Positions 23,790 to 38,029 are shown, counted from the first letter of the whole stretch. The stretch is DNA of 63,314 nucleotides, filler included, from Octopus bimaculoides (GCF_001194135.2; 5 parts of 4 records of this genome joined end to end with filler, not necessarily neighbours in it), one strand, 5' to 3'. Notes: generated from the sequence alone by a model not told the origin. Numbers and translations: made by a program.

Positions 23790-24927
23790 ATATATTTATG
23801 TATACTTGTGTGTGTGTGTATGTACACATACGCACGTATATATATATATATATGTTTGTATGCATGTATGTATCTACTCGTACATTTACAAACATATATA
23901 CATACATACATATATACATATCTCCTTTCTTAAAAAGATGGTGTTTATAAAAATGGTTGCCTGAATCTGGAAAATCTTTGTAGATGAAGTGAAATTGCAT
24001 GAACCGAGTTTTAACCTCCATCAGAAAAAGCGAACAATTCTGTGGCATTGTAGGACATGCATTGCGATTAAATTTATCGACCCTAAATATGCTGATATGA
24101 TGACAGGGTTTTACAGCACAGGCTTTACATCAACTAATGGACTGAAAAAGCCGACCAAGTCAAGAAAGATGGAGCCATTAACAAAATAAGAATACTCACG
24201 CAGAGAGTTAAAACATGGACGTACTCTGAACTCATTTTCATTTCATTTATGCGAATTTGGTAAAGCCAGAAATCTTTTTTGTATATCTCTAATTTTTCGC
24301 TTTGCTGGAGATAAAGACAATTGCTGGTGATTCCTCTTGGTGCAGAAACACGTGTCCACAACTGTTCTCTGGTCTTCAATCAATCAGATTGTTTGTTTGA
24401 TTTTTTTGTTTCATTTTTGATGGTAAGTCAGATTTAAAGAATTTTTGAATCTTCACTTTTTTAAATAACAAATAACAAAATATTTCTTCCAAACGCAGCC
24501 GCATATTCAATTCTGTCCTTCGTATGTCCTTCCTTAACCGCTTCCCCCACCATCACCTAAGCTACAACGGACATTCTCTTCGTTTCTTGTTTCTCGGTAA
24601 CTTCGGAGTGGTTATCGCCTCTTCCGCATCAGATAGTGAATTGTATGCATCCATCAGTCTCATTTGAGAACGTTTCGAACTGACTCAGTGTGCTTGCATC
24701 TATTTGTCTCAGCGAGAAATGTTCTCCATTACAAAAACAGTGAATGGCTTCCTTACAGGTTCTAATATGTCTCAAGCAAATTTCAACTAGTAAGAAGCAT
24801 GCATCTATGCACATCTCTGCTTAGCGTTTATACTCCGTAGTGTATGCACATATACGCATATACTTACACGCACACGTATTTGTTTGTTAGGTTATCTATG
24901 TCTAGATATAGCATATACAAACTTATA

Positions 24928-24962
<35 letters not shown>

Positions 24963-25925
24963 GTATATAAATATATATATATATATATACAGATATATAT
25001 GTATGTATATATGTATGTATGTGTGTATGCATTTGTATGTTTGTATGCATGTGTATGTATGTATGTGTGTATCCACGTATGTGTACATATATGTATGTAT
25101 TGCACGCATGTAAATATATATGTGTATATACGTATGTGTGTGTGCAATAAATTTATATATAAAAAAGGAAATATAAAAGAAGAATGAATGAATGTAGAAA
25201 AAGAAAGACAGAAGAAAGAAAGAGAGAGAGAAAGAAAGAAGCTTATGATCATTGACGAGAAAACGAGCTGAATGTAAAATGAAAAGATGTACAAAAGTGA
25301 TGGAGAGAGCGAAAAGAAAAAAGAAAGAAAAGGATAAAATGAGATAGATAGAAAGTGAGACAGAGAGAGAGGGGGTGCTGAGAGTGATGCATATACAGAG
25401 AAAGACGAAGAGCGAGCGATAGGGAGAGAGTGAGAGAGAAGGGTGTGTGAGCGGGAGAGAATGGGTGCGAGAGATAAAAGTTTGACGAAGGCAGGAGAGC
25501 AAATGAACGACAAAGACTAAAGAATATTTATTTTAATGATGGCGAAGAATAAAAGCCCAAGTAGACCTTCACACACACACACATATACACACACATACAC
25601 ACACATATACACACACATACACACACCGTAGAGAGACTAAAATGATGAGCGGGTGAGAGGGATGTGAGGGAAAGAGGGGTGTGACAGACAGACAGACAGA
25701 TGTGAATATAGGAAAAGATGAAAGAGAAAAAAATGTAAGCGTGAAGCTGGTGATATCATGATCAGCCTGGTAATATCATTGTGTCTGTCGTCGTTGTCGG
25801 CGTAGCTGTCGTCGTCGCCACCGACGCCGCCGAAGTAACCGCAGCTACCGCCGTCGTCGTCATTAACAGCAGCTGACAGCAACAGGAGTTGGAGGGGTGG
25901 GGAAGACGATGATCCTTATTAATGT

Positions 25926-26042
25926 TTTTTTAAATATTCATATTAATCATCATCCTCATCATCATCATCATCATCATCATCGTCATCATCATCATCGTCA
26001 TCATCATCACCGCCGCCGTTGTCGTCGTCGTCCTGCTCCTAC

Positions 26043-26074
<32 letters not shown>

Positions 26075-26310
26075 GTTCTCCTCGTCCTCTTCAACAGCAT
26101 TACCATCATCATCATCGTCGTCGCGGTCGTCGTCATAGTCATCATATTCATCATCCCCTCCCCCTCCCTTCCTTCCCTTCCTTCCCTCCCCCCTCTCCTC
26201 ATCTTCCTCAACGCCATCGTCCTCGTTGTTGTCCATCGTCGTCTGAACACCTTCGACATCATTCCCATCATCCTCATAAAGATCGTCAACATCATCGCAT
26301 CCCTTAGTAT
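25926..26310. repeat. Degenerate (CAT)/(CGT) triplet low-complexity tract
   Basis: Mixed cat/cgt triplets give His-, Met- and Asp-rich pseudo-ORFs on both strands. Confidence 0.85.
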
Positions 26311-26958
26311 ATCACTGGTACTCTACACTAATTTACAGTATGCTGAGTTTAAGTGATAGTGGTGGGAGCGGAGATACGGGTTTTTGCTAACTGTTCCGGG
26401 TGGTTGTGGCGAAGTTAATTGCGGTGGTTTTAGGGTGGTGGCTGTAGTGGCCTCGGTTGTGGTGGAGTTCTGGTGGTGTTTGTGGTGAGGGTTTGGTTTA
26501 TGACGACGACGACGACGACGACGACGATGATCATGTTGATGACGATCATGATGATAATGATGATGTTGATCATTTTGATGACGACGATGACGATGATGAT
26601 GATGCTGGTGGCAGTGGCGGTGGTGGTGATGGTGCTGGTGATAATGGTGCGATGCTGTATTTTCCTTCTCACTCTCCATATTCCGTTGCCTCAACACCAG
26701 TTTCATTCGCTTCCTTCCTTTTGTGTTAACACTTCGTCATATCTTATAGAACAGTCACCCCTTTAACAACAACAACAATAATGTCTTTAAAGATAATAAA
26801 ACAGAAGCAACAACAGCAGCAACATTGTCATCAGCGGAATTATCAGCAGCAGCTCCGTTAGGTCAACTCAACCCTTCTCTAGTTTATTTCCCAAACTCTC
26901 TCCTTCTCTATCCTTCTGTATGTATGTATGTTAATAGAAGGGCACACACGCGCGCGCG

Positions 26959-27008
<50 letters not shown>

Positions 27009-27087
27009 TGTATATGTATGTAAGGTGTGTATAAATATATATACATCAAATATTATTTATGTTATTACACAATATGTATTTACCAGC

Positions 27088-27142
<55 letters not shown>

Positions 27143-27459
27143 AGGCACCCTTCAATCACACCCACTGTTCGTTTTTTCTGTTTCTATCTATCTACCCACC
27201 CGCTATATATCCCGTAAGTCTATCATCAAGTATTAAATATATAGAAAACACAACAAAACATATCTTAATGCTTCAATAACATTTAGGCAGACATTGACGC
27301 TTTCAACTATTCATCTCTCAAGTCACACACTGAGAATATATATATGCATAACGTTTATAATATATACATATATACATATGTATATGTATGTACATATTCA
27401 TATATGTATATATAATACATGTATATATATACATACTTATATATATATATGCATATATA

Positions 27460-27502
<43 letters not shown>

Positions 27503-27601
27503 CTTTAATCATTTATCTTATATTTGTTTCAGTCTCTAAACTGCGGTCATGCTGGGGCACTGCCTTGGAGAATTCCAGTCGAACGAATCGACCCCAGTAC
27601 T

Positions 27602-27602
<1 letters not shown>

Positions 27603-27683
<81 letters not shown>
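27603..27683. repeat. Adjacent (AAT)n and (ATT)n arrays forming a palindromic pair
   Basis: (AAT)n at 27603-27651 is immediately followed by (ATT)n at 27653-27683. Confidence 0.9.
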
Positions 27684-27684
<1 letters not shown>

Positions 27685-27830
27685 GTCTTATTATTATTAT
27701 TTGTAGAGCTTTAGTTCTTACCTTATCTACCACATTTGCTGTATCTCTAAGTAATGGTGACGTAAACATATACATACACATGTGCACACACAGACACAGA
27801 CACACGCACACGCACACACAAATATATATA

Positions 27831-27902
<72 letters not shown>

Positions 27903-27954
27903 TAGATAGATATAGATATAGATATACATATACATATACATATACATATATATA

Positions 27955-28085
27955 CGAGGGGCTTCTTTCAGTTTCCGCTTACCAAATCCATTCACAAGGT
28001 TTTGATCGGGCTGAGCCTATACTAGAAGATTCTCCCAAGGTGCTACGCAGTGGGACAGAACTTGGAACCATGTGGTTGGAAGCAC
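27955..28085 (-). mobile_element. SINE family B
   Basis: cgaggggcttctttcagtttccg..ccattcacaaggttt...cccaaggtgctacgcagtgggacagaac.tggaaccatgtggttggaagc. Confidence 0.85.
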
Positions 28086-28899
28086 ACATCCACATACATG
28101 CAACGTGCACACACACAGACAAACAACAGTTCTGTATATGTATATATGCACATATGAATATATATGTATATATATTTACTCTTTTACTCTTTTACTTGTT
28201 TCAGTCATTTGACTGCGGCCATGCTGGAGCACCGCCTTTAGATATATACATATACATAATACTTCAACAACCACGCACATATATAAGTATTATACATACA
28301 TATTGAACACATACACATATATACGTGTACATATCCATATCCATATCTTTATATCTACGTATATGTGTCTGTATAATTCTCATACACACGTTTATGTATG
28401 TATATCTATGTGTGTGTGTGTGTGTGTACGTGCGCACGCACTGTGTATACATGAATTCATATAAACTTGTATGTGTATATACATACATATGTGTATATAT
28501 ATACATATATACTTATATGTATATTTGTGTGTATACTCTTTTTGTTATATATATTTATACTTCTAGTACCATATATATATGTTATATATATATATATATA
28601 TATGTACATCCATACACATATATTATATATATATACATGTATATGAATGTATTAAAATATATATGTATGAATGCATATATATGCATGTATGCATGTACGT
28701 ATGTATGTATGTATGTATGTATATTTCCACACTACACAATTAGTCATTCTTCTTTTCAGCTACCCCTTCTTGCCTCCATACATCTCCATTCATTCATTCA
28801 TTCATTCATTCATTCATTAATTCCTTCTCTTTATTCTCTCCTTCACACAATATGTCTCTTTCGTTCTTACAAATAATCTCTTACAAACCGCACCCACAC

Positions 28900-29510
28900 C
28901 ATCCTCCGCCGCCGCCGCCATCATTCCCTATTATCACCATCATCCATTAAACACACACCCGTCACTTATCCACCCAATTTCACCGCCCTCATATCGTCTT
29001 CCCACACACACACACACACATACCGACCTTCTAACACTGCACCACCACCACCATCACCACTACTGTTATGACTACTGTCGCCACTGAAGCCACCATTACC
29101 AATATCTCTTTACCACCAATACCACCACCACCACCACCACCACCACCACCACTACCACCAATGCCCCCACTATCACTATGACCATGACAAAACCACCACC
29201 TCCATAACCATAATCAACACCTCCACCACCACCACCATAACTATAACCACCATCATCACCGTACCACAAGCATCACTACGGTCACCATAGCCACCACCAC
29301 CACAACCACTACCATCGCCATAACCATAACCACCATCACCGTACCACAATTACCGTACCACAACCACCACCACCATCTTCATCACCTAGACCGCCATCAT
29401 GTTTACCACCATCACTAGCATTACCGTCTGCATTATACCGTCACTATGAACACCACTACTACAACCACTACAACCACATCGACAAACCACCACAACAACA
29501 TTATAAACAA
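28900..29510. repeat. Cryptic (ACC)-based triplet low-complexity tract
   Basis: acc/act/atc triplets with frameshifts and stops. Similar tracts at 30110-30530, 31440-31690 and 50998-51400. Confidence 0.85.
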
Positions 29511-29756
29511 CGGCGAATCGCGATGAGACATGTTAATCTGCTAGAAATAACAGGCAAATCTCTCTCATATAATAATGTCCTGTCTTAAAAGTAAAATAAC
29601 AACTTGGATGTAGTTGTTGATATCCCTAAAAAAAAGGGACTGTCACGACTGGACTGTCTTTCGTGATAGGTTACAGCTGATGTGGAGCTGACACAAAACG
29701 GCATCGGTAACTTTATCACTAAAGCCACAATTATGGAAAGCACCACAATTGGTAAC

Positions 29757-29856
29757 NNNNNNNNNNNNNNNNNNNNNNNNNNNNNNNNNNNNNNNNNNNN
29801 TTAATTAATTAANNNNNNNNNNNNNNNNNNNNNNNNNNNNNNNNNNNNNNNNNNNN
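29757..29856. other. Artificial scaffold spacer 44N-TTAATTAATTAA-44N
   Basis: Identical 100 bp structure at four positions; the 12-mer gives stops in all six frames. Confidence 0.97.
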
Positions 29857-32529
29857 ACATACATACACACAAATATATATATGTAAATACATATATACAT
29901 ACATATATATATTTGTGTGTATGTATGTGTGTGTGTGTGTGTAATTCTTTAACAAGAATAGTATTGATAGGGACTCCGAAGTCTTGTTCAGCTTTACGCA
30001 AACAGAATTTTACCCAGCGTCCCGTGGGTGTCAAATCTGTGGAACCGCTTTTATGTTAATCTTCAATGATTTAAATTAGAATGAAATTATTTTGCTAGTT
30101 AATTATCTAATACCACCACCACCACCACCACCACAAAACCGCCACTAATACTTTTACCAATCCTACTGCCACCACCTCAAGTACTGTAGTAACATCACTA
30201 CTTCTAGCACTTCCACCACAACTAATACCACCAGCACCCAAACCTACCAATTCCATACTATCACCACCACCACCACGAAAGCCTTCACGACGAGAACTAC
30301 TACTTCCACTATTAACACCATCATCACTGCCCACTACTACAACCACCACAACCACCGCAACCGTCACTATCATGTTATTACCAAAACCACCATCCCAACC
30401 ATCACCTCAACCACTACCACCACCACTACCACCACCACCACAACCATCACGACAGTCCCTCAACCACCCCCCAAACTACCACCACCATCCCCTCCCCCTC
30501 CACCATCATCAGTATCATCACCTGAAGCAAATCCACTGACAAAGTACAATATCATGAATAAGTTCAATAAGCATTGCTAATTNNNNNNNNNNNNNNNNNN
30601 NNNNNNNNNNNNNNNNNNNNNNNNNNNNNNNNNNNNNNNNNNNNNNNNNNNNNNNNNNNNNNNNNNNNNNNNNNNNNNNNNNNNNNNNNNNNNNNNNNNN
30701 NNNNNNNNNNNNNNNNNNNNNNNNNNNNNNNNNNNNNNNNNNNNNNNNNNNNNNNNNNNNNNNNNNNNNNNNNNNNNNNNNNNNNNNNNNNNNNNNNNNN
30801 NNNNNNNNNNNNNNNNNNNNNNNNNNNNNNNNNNNNNNNNNNNNNNNNNNNNNNNNNNNNNNNNNNNNNNNNNNNNNNNNNNNNNNNNNNNNNNNNNNNN
30901 NNNNNNNNNNNNNNNNNNNNNNNNNNNNNNNNNNNNNNNNNNNNNNNNNNNNNNNNNNNNNNNNNNNNNNNNNNNNNNNNNNNNNNNNNNNNNNNNNNNN
31001 NNNNNNNNNNNNNNNNNNNNNNNNNNNNNNNNNNNNNNNNNNNNNNNNNNNNNNNNNNNNNNNNNNNNNNNNNNNNNNNNNNNNNNNNNNNNNNNNNNNN
31101 NNNNNNNNNNNNNNNNNNNNNNNNNNNNNNNNNNNNNNNNNNNNNNNNNNNNNNNNNNNNNNNNNNNNNNNNNNNNNNNNNNNNNNNNNNNNNNNNNNNN
31201 NNNNNNNNNNNNNNNNNNNNNNNNNNNNNNNNNNNNNNNNNNNNNNNNNNNNNNNNNNNNNNNNNNNNNNNNNNNNNNNNNNNNNNNNNNNNNNNNNNNN
31301 NNNNNNNNNNNNNNNNNNNNNNNNNNNNNNNNNNNNNNNNNNNNNNNNNNNNNNNNNNNNNNNNNNNNNNNNNNNNNNNNNNNNNNNNNNNNNNNNNNNN
31401 NNNNNNNNNNNNNNNNNNNNNNNNNNNNNNNNNNNNAGTTGTGGTTATGTTGGTGGTGGTGGTGGTGGTGATGGTGGTGGTGGTGGAGCTGCGCTGGTGA
31501 TGCTGTAAAGCTGGTGATGGCGATAATAGTGATGGTGGTGCTGGCAATTCTAGTGGTTGTGACGATGACGTAGTTGTGCTCGTGGTGATGGCAGTGCCTG
31601 CGTCGGTCTTGGTTGTGATACTGTTGTAAAGTGGGTTCCTCCCACTGGTGTGATGTGTGGCTGTCGTTGTACTGTAGTTGCTGTTTAACGTTAGTATCCA
31701 CAATAGTTACTCGTCATGATACCGCTGTATCTCTTGGTACCGGAATAGTAATGCACTAAATTCTTCTGTCTTACTATCACTGATTGCTCCATAAAACACC
31801 GACTAGAACTGTTGACTCTCAACTCTTCGACTCTCGATCTTCTCTTGACGACCAGCTACTGCCTATCCGAAAGCGGATAGACTTTCAGTCTGACTCTTAA
31901 AGGATCAGTGAAGTGGATAATATGTTTTTAATAGAGGAGTTTGCGAGAGAGGGTTGGAGAACTGTATGTGTGATAAACGAAGGAGAGGTAACCGGAGTTA
32001 TTAAATGACAATATTAAATAATACTCAACTGTCTCAGGAAATCTAATAACTGCAATTCCGTCTCGATTTCAGTAACCCTGGTAAGGAAAATTTCTCAGGT
32101 ATGTCTTCTGCATGGAGAAAATGTAGCTAAGTGCAAAATAACATACTGAATGTAATATGCCAAAAGTAATTTTAATCAAATGAAATCATACACTAACGAA
32201 TGAAAATTCTTTAATGTTAAAAGCAATTCTTGTCACGAGGTGAAGAGAGTATCTAAAATTTGTTGAAAATCAAATGGAAATAATAGTGGCTGGTAAGTAT
32301 GTTCATTTGTAGATGAAATGACAACTTAGTAAGGAAAAGTTAGAATTGCTACAGTTTTCCCATCAGTGACATTCTCGTTAGTTGCGGCAAAGGAAAAGTT
32401 CATTTTCTTATGTCTATAACTTTGATATATAATTCGTTTATCGGTTCATCTCTTAATTTCTACAAATCCTCAAAAGTTATCTCGATTAAATAACATCAAA
32501 TTTTATGATAGATCCAAAGCCTTGAATTT

Positions 32530-32660
32530 AAAAGACGCGTACACTTGATTAAATCGACTCATTGCTTAAATTGCACTTCATTGTATCAACCTCAGAAGAA
32601 CGAATAGCTAATTCAACTTCGACAGGATTTGAACTCAGAACGTAAAGGCAAGTAGGTGGG
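32530..32660 (-). mobile_element. Degenerate SINE family A fragment
   Basis: aattcaacttcgacaggatttgaactcagaacgtaaag. Confidence 0.6.
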
Positions 32661-32799
32661 TCTACCATGAGCCTTAGAACTCACAAGTTTGGAACTTGAT
32701 CCAGTTTCCATTGCGTTTAAGTGACTGAGATTTCAACACTTCTCACTCAACAGAATGCCGCTCCATCGGAGGGTTAAATTTTTTCCAGTTTTTACTGAA

Positions 32800-32945
32800 A
32801 CTCATTTACAGCTGAGTGAACTGGAGTAAATTAATATGAAGTGCTTTGCTCAAGAACACAACTCACCTCATGATCTAGGGATCGAAATGACGATCTTGCG
32901 ATCACAGGTTCAATCGTCGAAGCTATTGGCTTCGCGCCTTCACTT
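32800..32945 (-). mobile_element. SINE family C head fragment
   Basis: cagctgagtgaactggag...gaagtgctttgctcaagaacacaac...gggatcgaaatgacgatcttgcgatc. Confidence 0.75.
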
Positions 32946-34145
32946 TAAGAGATATAAAGAGGCATTTCTAAATTCATCGAGGTATTTTTCATGCTCTACC
33001 GATTATTCTATTCTCCCGCCTTTCTATGATATTACCCAGAAGAATAGATCATACAATTTTCTAGAAAATAGTAATAATGTTCCCTCCAAAATAACGCTAT
33101 TCACATCGGGTCCCTGTTTGAAGATAAAAGATTTCTGGAGAGAAAGGAGAAGCTCACTTAAGAAAGAAAACCATTTCTTTATATTTCAGCATATTTTATG
33201 TTGATATCTGGATCTCGTGTTATAATAGATAAGGAGTAAGTTACGACATAATGCCTGACAATAATAGAGAGAGTATCGTGACGTAATGGCGTAAAGACAG
33301 CAAGCCAAGTGAACTATCAAAGATAATTAAGAGAATCCAATGAATCAAAATCACAAGCGGGGTTAGGAGGAAAACGAACGATAAAACAATCATCTTTCAA
33401 GATCGTTACGTCGATAACATTGAACACAAAAGAAAATGTGCCGATAAGAAAATAAGGAATGATTGAATGAACGCGGAATGTGTTGGTAATGGTGTTGGCG
33501 GGTGGTGGAATTGTGAGGTGAAAGAAAGAAATAACGTGGAAATGACAGGCGGAAAATAGGGCCTATCTACAAGTAGTTGCTGCCAGAGAAACCCATTATT
33601 TATCTGTTTAATATCAAAAACCTGTTACCATAAGTTGATTAAAAGTTGATTTTATCCAGCATGACTAAATAAAAGGATAAACGTGACTATATAAAGACGA
33701 AGCGTGATTAAAAACAGATAGAGAGAGAATATGGCGGAAACACATTAAATATAAATGGAAAAGGTGGCCAATTGGCATATTTCTTTTCAACGAAGATCAA
33801 CTACCAACCAAGTATACAGAAGATAAGTTAATGAAAAATTTGATTTGTCAACTAAAAGACTATTACGAAGAAGGTGATTACGGTGATGGATGTAAGGAAA
33901 TGAAATATTATTATAGTATTATAATATAAATATAATTACAATATAAATAATAATATATATATATATTATAGTATTACAATATAAGTATATAATATAAATA
34001 TAATTACAATATAAATAATAATATATATATATATTATAGTATTACAATATAAGTATATAATATAAATATAATGTATATAGATATATAATATAATATGTGT
34101 ACATGTATGTACGTATGTACGTATATATGTATGTATGTATGTATG

Positions 34146-34179
<34 letters not shown>

Positions 34180-34450
34180 TGTGTGTATGTATGCGTGTGT
34201 ATAAATATATGGTATAAACCATCTAAATATATTGCAAAAACGGGAGCACAATGCTAAATTAAAGAAAAAAAAAAGAAGTTTATGTCGTCTGAATTATCAT
34301 AAAGGAATAAATACAGACCAAAATAAGGCCAAGATAAAACTTGGTAAAGGATAGGGCAGTAGGGATTATATATAAACACACGCGCGCACCCACACATATA
34401 CGTTTACATATATACACAGTCACATGCATAGATATACACACATATATGTA

Positions 34451-34620
34451 CGAGGTGCATTCCAGAAGTTTTGAGACTATTTTAGGAGAGGCAGTTACAA
34501 CAGTCTTTGATTATTGTAAGTTTACTACAACATCATTATGCATCTAATAAGCTGACCTGCCATCTTTTGCTATTCCAGATTGAAGGATACTGCTGCAATG
34601 GCTTCGGGATTTGGACTCCG
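34451..34620 (+). mobile_element. Possible mariner left end
   Basis: TA|cgaggtgcattccagaagtt resembles mariner TIR starts; no matching right TIR seen. Confidence 0.35.
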
Positions 34621-34700
34621 AACAACAACAACAACAACAACAACAATGACAACAACGGCAACAAAAACAATAGCAATAATAATAATAATCTTTTCTATAA

Positions 34701-34990
34701 AATGCACAAGGACTGAAATTTGGAGGAAGGGATAAGTCGATTATATCGACCCTAGAGTTTCATTGGTACTTAATTTATCGACCCCAAAAAGATGAAGGAC
34801 AAAGTTGATATCGGTGGAATTTGAACTCAGAACGTAGCGACGGGCGAAATACCGCTAAGTATTTCGTCCAACGTGCTAACAATTCTTTTCTACTCTAGGC
34901 AAAAGACTCGAAATTTTTGGGGAAGGGGCCAGTCGATTAGATCGACCCTAGTACGCAACTGGTACTTAATTACTTAATTTATCGACCCCC
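34701..34990 (-). mobile_element. Two adjacent SINE family A copies
   Basis: 34701-34886 is nearly full; 34887-34990 is the 3' half (gggccagtcgattagatcgaccctagtacgcaactggtacttaatt). Confidence 0.85.
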
Positions 34991-35415
34991 TATAGAAGGC
35001 CTTGATGGAACATGACCCTAATATAAAAAGAAGTGTCAGCGCATGAGTGCTTTGGTTTCCGCCTATTCATGGGATCGAGCTGCAGNNNNNNNNNNNNNNN
35101 NNNNNNNNNNNNNNNNNNNNNNNNNNNNNNNNNNNNNNNNNNNNNNNNNNNNNNNNNNNNNNNNNNNNNNNNNNNNNNNNNNNNNNNNNNNNNNNNNNNN
35201 NNNNNNNNNNNNNNNNNNNNNNNNNNNNNNNNNNNNNNNNNNNNNNNNNNNNNNNNNNNNNNNNNNNNNNNNNNNNNNNNNNNNNNNNNNNNNNNNNNNN
35301 NNNNNNNNNNNNNNNNNNNNNNNNNNNNNNNNNNNNNNNNNNNNNNNNNNNNNNNNNNNNNNNNNNNNNNNNNNNNNNNNNNNNNNNNNNNNNNNNNNNN
35401 NNNNNNGTAGTAGTA

Positions 35416-35484
<69 letters not shown>

Positions 35485-35626
35485 GTAATGATAACAACAA
35501 GTCAAAAAGACAGAAAAAGGAAAAAGCTTACGAAGAAAACGAAGTGGAAGAATAGCAGAAGAATAAAACAAAGAGAAGGAAATGGAACAAGACGAACAAA
35601 AGAAAGGAAGGAAGGAAGGAAGGAAG

Positions 35627-36660
35627 GAAGAAGAAGAAGAAGAAGAAGAAGAAGAAGAAGAAAAGAGAAGAGGAAGCAGAAGAAGAAGAAGAAGAAGAAG
35701 AAGAAGAAGAAGAAGAAGAAAAAGAAGAAAAGAGAAGTGGAAGAAGAAGAGAGAAGAGGAAGAAGAAAAGAGAAGAAGAAGAAGAAGAAGAAGNNNNNNN
35801 NNNNNNNNNNNNNNNNNNNNNNNNNNNNNNNNNNNNNNNNNNNNNNNNNNNNNNNNNNNNNNNNNNNNNNNNNNNNNNNNNNNNNNNNNNNNNNNNNNNN
35901 NNNNNNNNNNNNNNNNNNNNNNNNNNNNNNNNNNNNNNNNNNNNNNNNNNNNNNNNNNNNNNNNNNNNNNNNNNNNNNNNNNNNNNNNNNNNNNNNNNNN
36001 NNNNNNNNNNNNNNNNNNNNNNNNNNNNNNNNNNNNNNNNNNNNNNNNNNNNNNNNNNNNNNNNNNNNNNNNNNNNNNNNNNNNNNNNNNNNNNNNNNNN
36101 NNNNNNNNNNNNNNNNNNNNNNNNNNNNNNNNNNNNNNNNNNNNNNNNNNNNNNNNNNNNNNNNNNNNNNNNNNNNNNNNNNNNNNNNNNNNNNNNNNNN
36201 NNNNNNNNNNNNNNNNNNNNNNNNNNNNNNNNNNNNNNNNNNNNNNNNNNNNNNNNNNNNNNNNNNNNNNNNNNNNNNNNNNNNNNNNNNNNNNNNNNNN
36301 NNNNNNNNNNNNNNNNNNNNNNNNNNNNNNNNNNNNNNNNNNNNNNNNNNNNNNNNNNNNNNNAGAAGAAGAAGAAGAAGAAGAAGAAGAAGAAAAGAGA
36401 AGAAGAAAAGAAAAGTGGAAGAAGAAGAGAAAACAGGAAGAAGAAGAAGAAGAAGAAGAAGAAGAAGAAGAAGAAGAAAAGAGAAGAAGAAAAGTGAAGA
36501 AGAAGAAGAAGAAGAAGAAGAAGAAAAGAGAAGAAGAAGAAGAAGAAAAGAGAAGAAGAAAAGTGAAGTGGAAGAAGAAGAAGAGAGAAAGGGAAGAAGA
36601 AGAAGGAGGAGGAGAAGAAGAAGAAGAAGAAGAAGAAGAAGAAGAAGAAGAAGAAGAAAA
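35627..36660. repeat. Complex (GAA)n purine tract spanning a gap
   Basis: gaa repeats interrupted by aaaagagaag/aaagtg variants; preceded by (AAT)n at 35417-35482. Confidence 0.95.
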
Positions 36661-37409
36661 GTTGAAATAAAAGAAAACGTCCCGGAGCGTTAAAATTAAT
36701 ATTGAAAAAGAAAGATTTAATTTTCTTTTCTATAGAATTAAGTGGATAACTGGTGAGACGTTTTGTCCGGAAACGCTGATATATCAGGATGTTCTGGCTA
36801 TATATTTTTTGTAATTGTCCAAAATGGATTTTTTCCTTTTTACATTTTATAGTAATCATTTTGAGAGTCTTTTCTTTGGCTTTTTTTCTCTTTGTAAACT
36901 TTACATTCTTGTTATCTTTTGGTTTATTATCTTGTTCATTTTTCTGTTTCTTACTTTCTAATAATTTCTCGTCTGTCTATATTTGTTGTTTCTTGAAGCG
37001 GTAAAATGGTGGAAATGTAAAGGCCGCCTGACTTCAAACATTTTGCAGCTTTTAGTTTAGCTTTTGTTTAGCTTTGTTCTTCTCCCTCCTCTCAGTTCAA
37101 ATCACGTTGTGACTGACCTCAACTTGGATCTTTGTTTTATGGTTTAGTCAAAGGAGAAAGAGTACCACCCATGAACCTTTGCAAGTTCTTTGAGACTGAC
37201 GAAGAGAGAAAAGAACGGAATAAACTACAACTCTGAGACAGATCATCAATATATCGCGCTATATCGATATTGATGTGATTGAACTATTCCAAGAGAATGA
37301 AGTTTGCCAAAGGCATCAAATGGGCATATTATGTTAAAGTTAGCGACGGGTTAGGTCGCTATCTTTAACACCACCAAAACAGAAACCATACCGGGAGGCC
37401 ACCTTTACA

Positions 37410-37800
37410 TCATCTGTCATCCTACTAGAAATAGCAACTAAGTATTCTTTTAAAATTCTACCCTATTGTCTCAAAAAAAAAAAGGACATGCTGGTTACAT
37501 TAGTCATGTCTGCCGAAAAGTACGGGAATGTCTATATTGGATCTACTTAGACCATCGTGGGACTTTCTCATAGTTCTGCTCTACCCAATTTCACTCACGC
37601 GACTGAGATTGATCATTGTAGGAGATGCTTTCCCAAGTTACCGCACAGTGGAATTGAATTCTGAACTATACGGTTGCGAAGAAGACCTCACATGTCATTC
37701 ATCGGCCCGAGTTTACAGTAAAAACACTTGGCCAAGATATCACGTAGTAGGACGGAACTGAAAACCACAACGTTGCACAGCAAACTTCTTAACCACACAA
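37410..37800. mobile_element. Cluster of degenerate repeats: family E fragment (plus) and two family B heads (minus)
   Basis: ctactagaaatagcaactaa at 37424; cccaagttaccgcacagtggaattgaa and cacttggccaagatatcacgtagtaggacggaac..aacttcttaaccacac. Confidence 0.6.
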
Positions 37801-37927
37801 TTCCGTACTTTTGAACAACCTCTCAGTGCGGCGGTTGCAAGCCGTGATATATTCTTCCAGCTGATGATAAAACGATGTTATTGGTGGGTTGGCAAAAGAT
37901 ATAGTTGAAATTAACATTGGTTAATAT

Positions 37928-38027
37928 NNNNNNNNNNNNNNNNNNNNNNNNNNNNNNNNNNNNNNNNNNNNTTAATTAATTAANNNNNNNNNNNNNNNNN
38001 NNNNNNNNNNNNNNNNNNNNNNNNNNN
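37928..38027. other. Artificial scaffold spacer 44N-TTAATTAATTAA-44N
   Basis: Same 100 bp structure as 29757-29856. Confidence 0.97.
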
Positions 38028-38029
38028 AC

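Noticed and set aside
24388-24521. 35-nt and 23-nt exon-like segments, plus a 5-nt one at 49025-49029
   Set aside because: Splice-like pairs of this quality are expected by chance in AT-rich DNA; no phase or homology support.
25897-26307. 136-aa His-rich ORF suggestive of a cephalopod His-rich protein
   Set aside because: Simple CAT/CGT triplet decay, open on both strands, with no signal peptide or Gly-His repeat structure.
36765-36800. ctggtgagac..gtccggaaac and ctgaagaacgag (57950) hammerhead-like strings
   Set aside because: Core or stems too degenerate; no convincing stem I or III.
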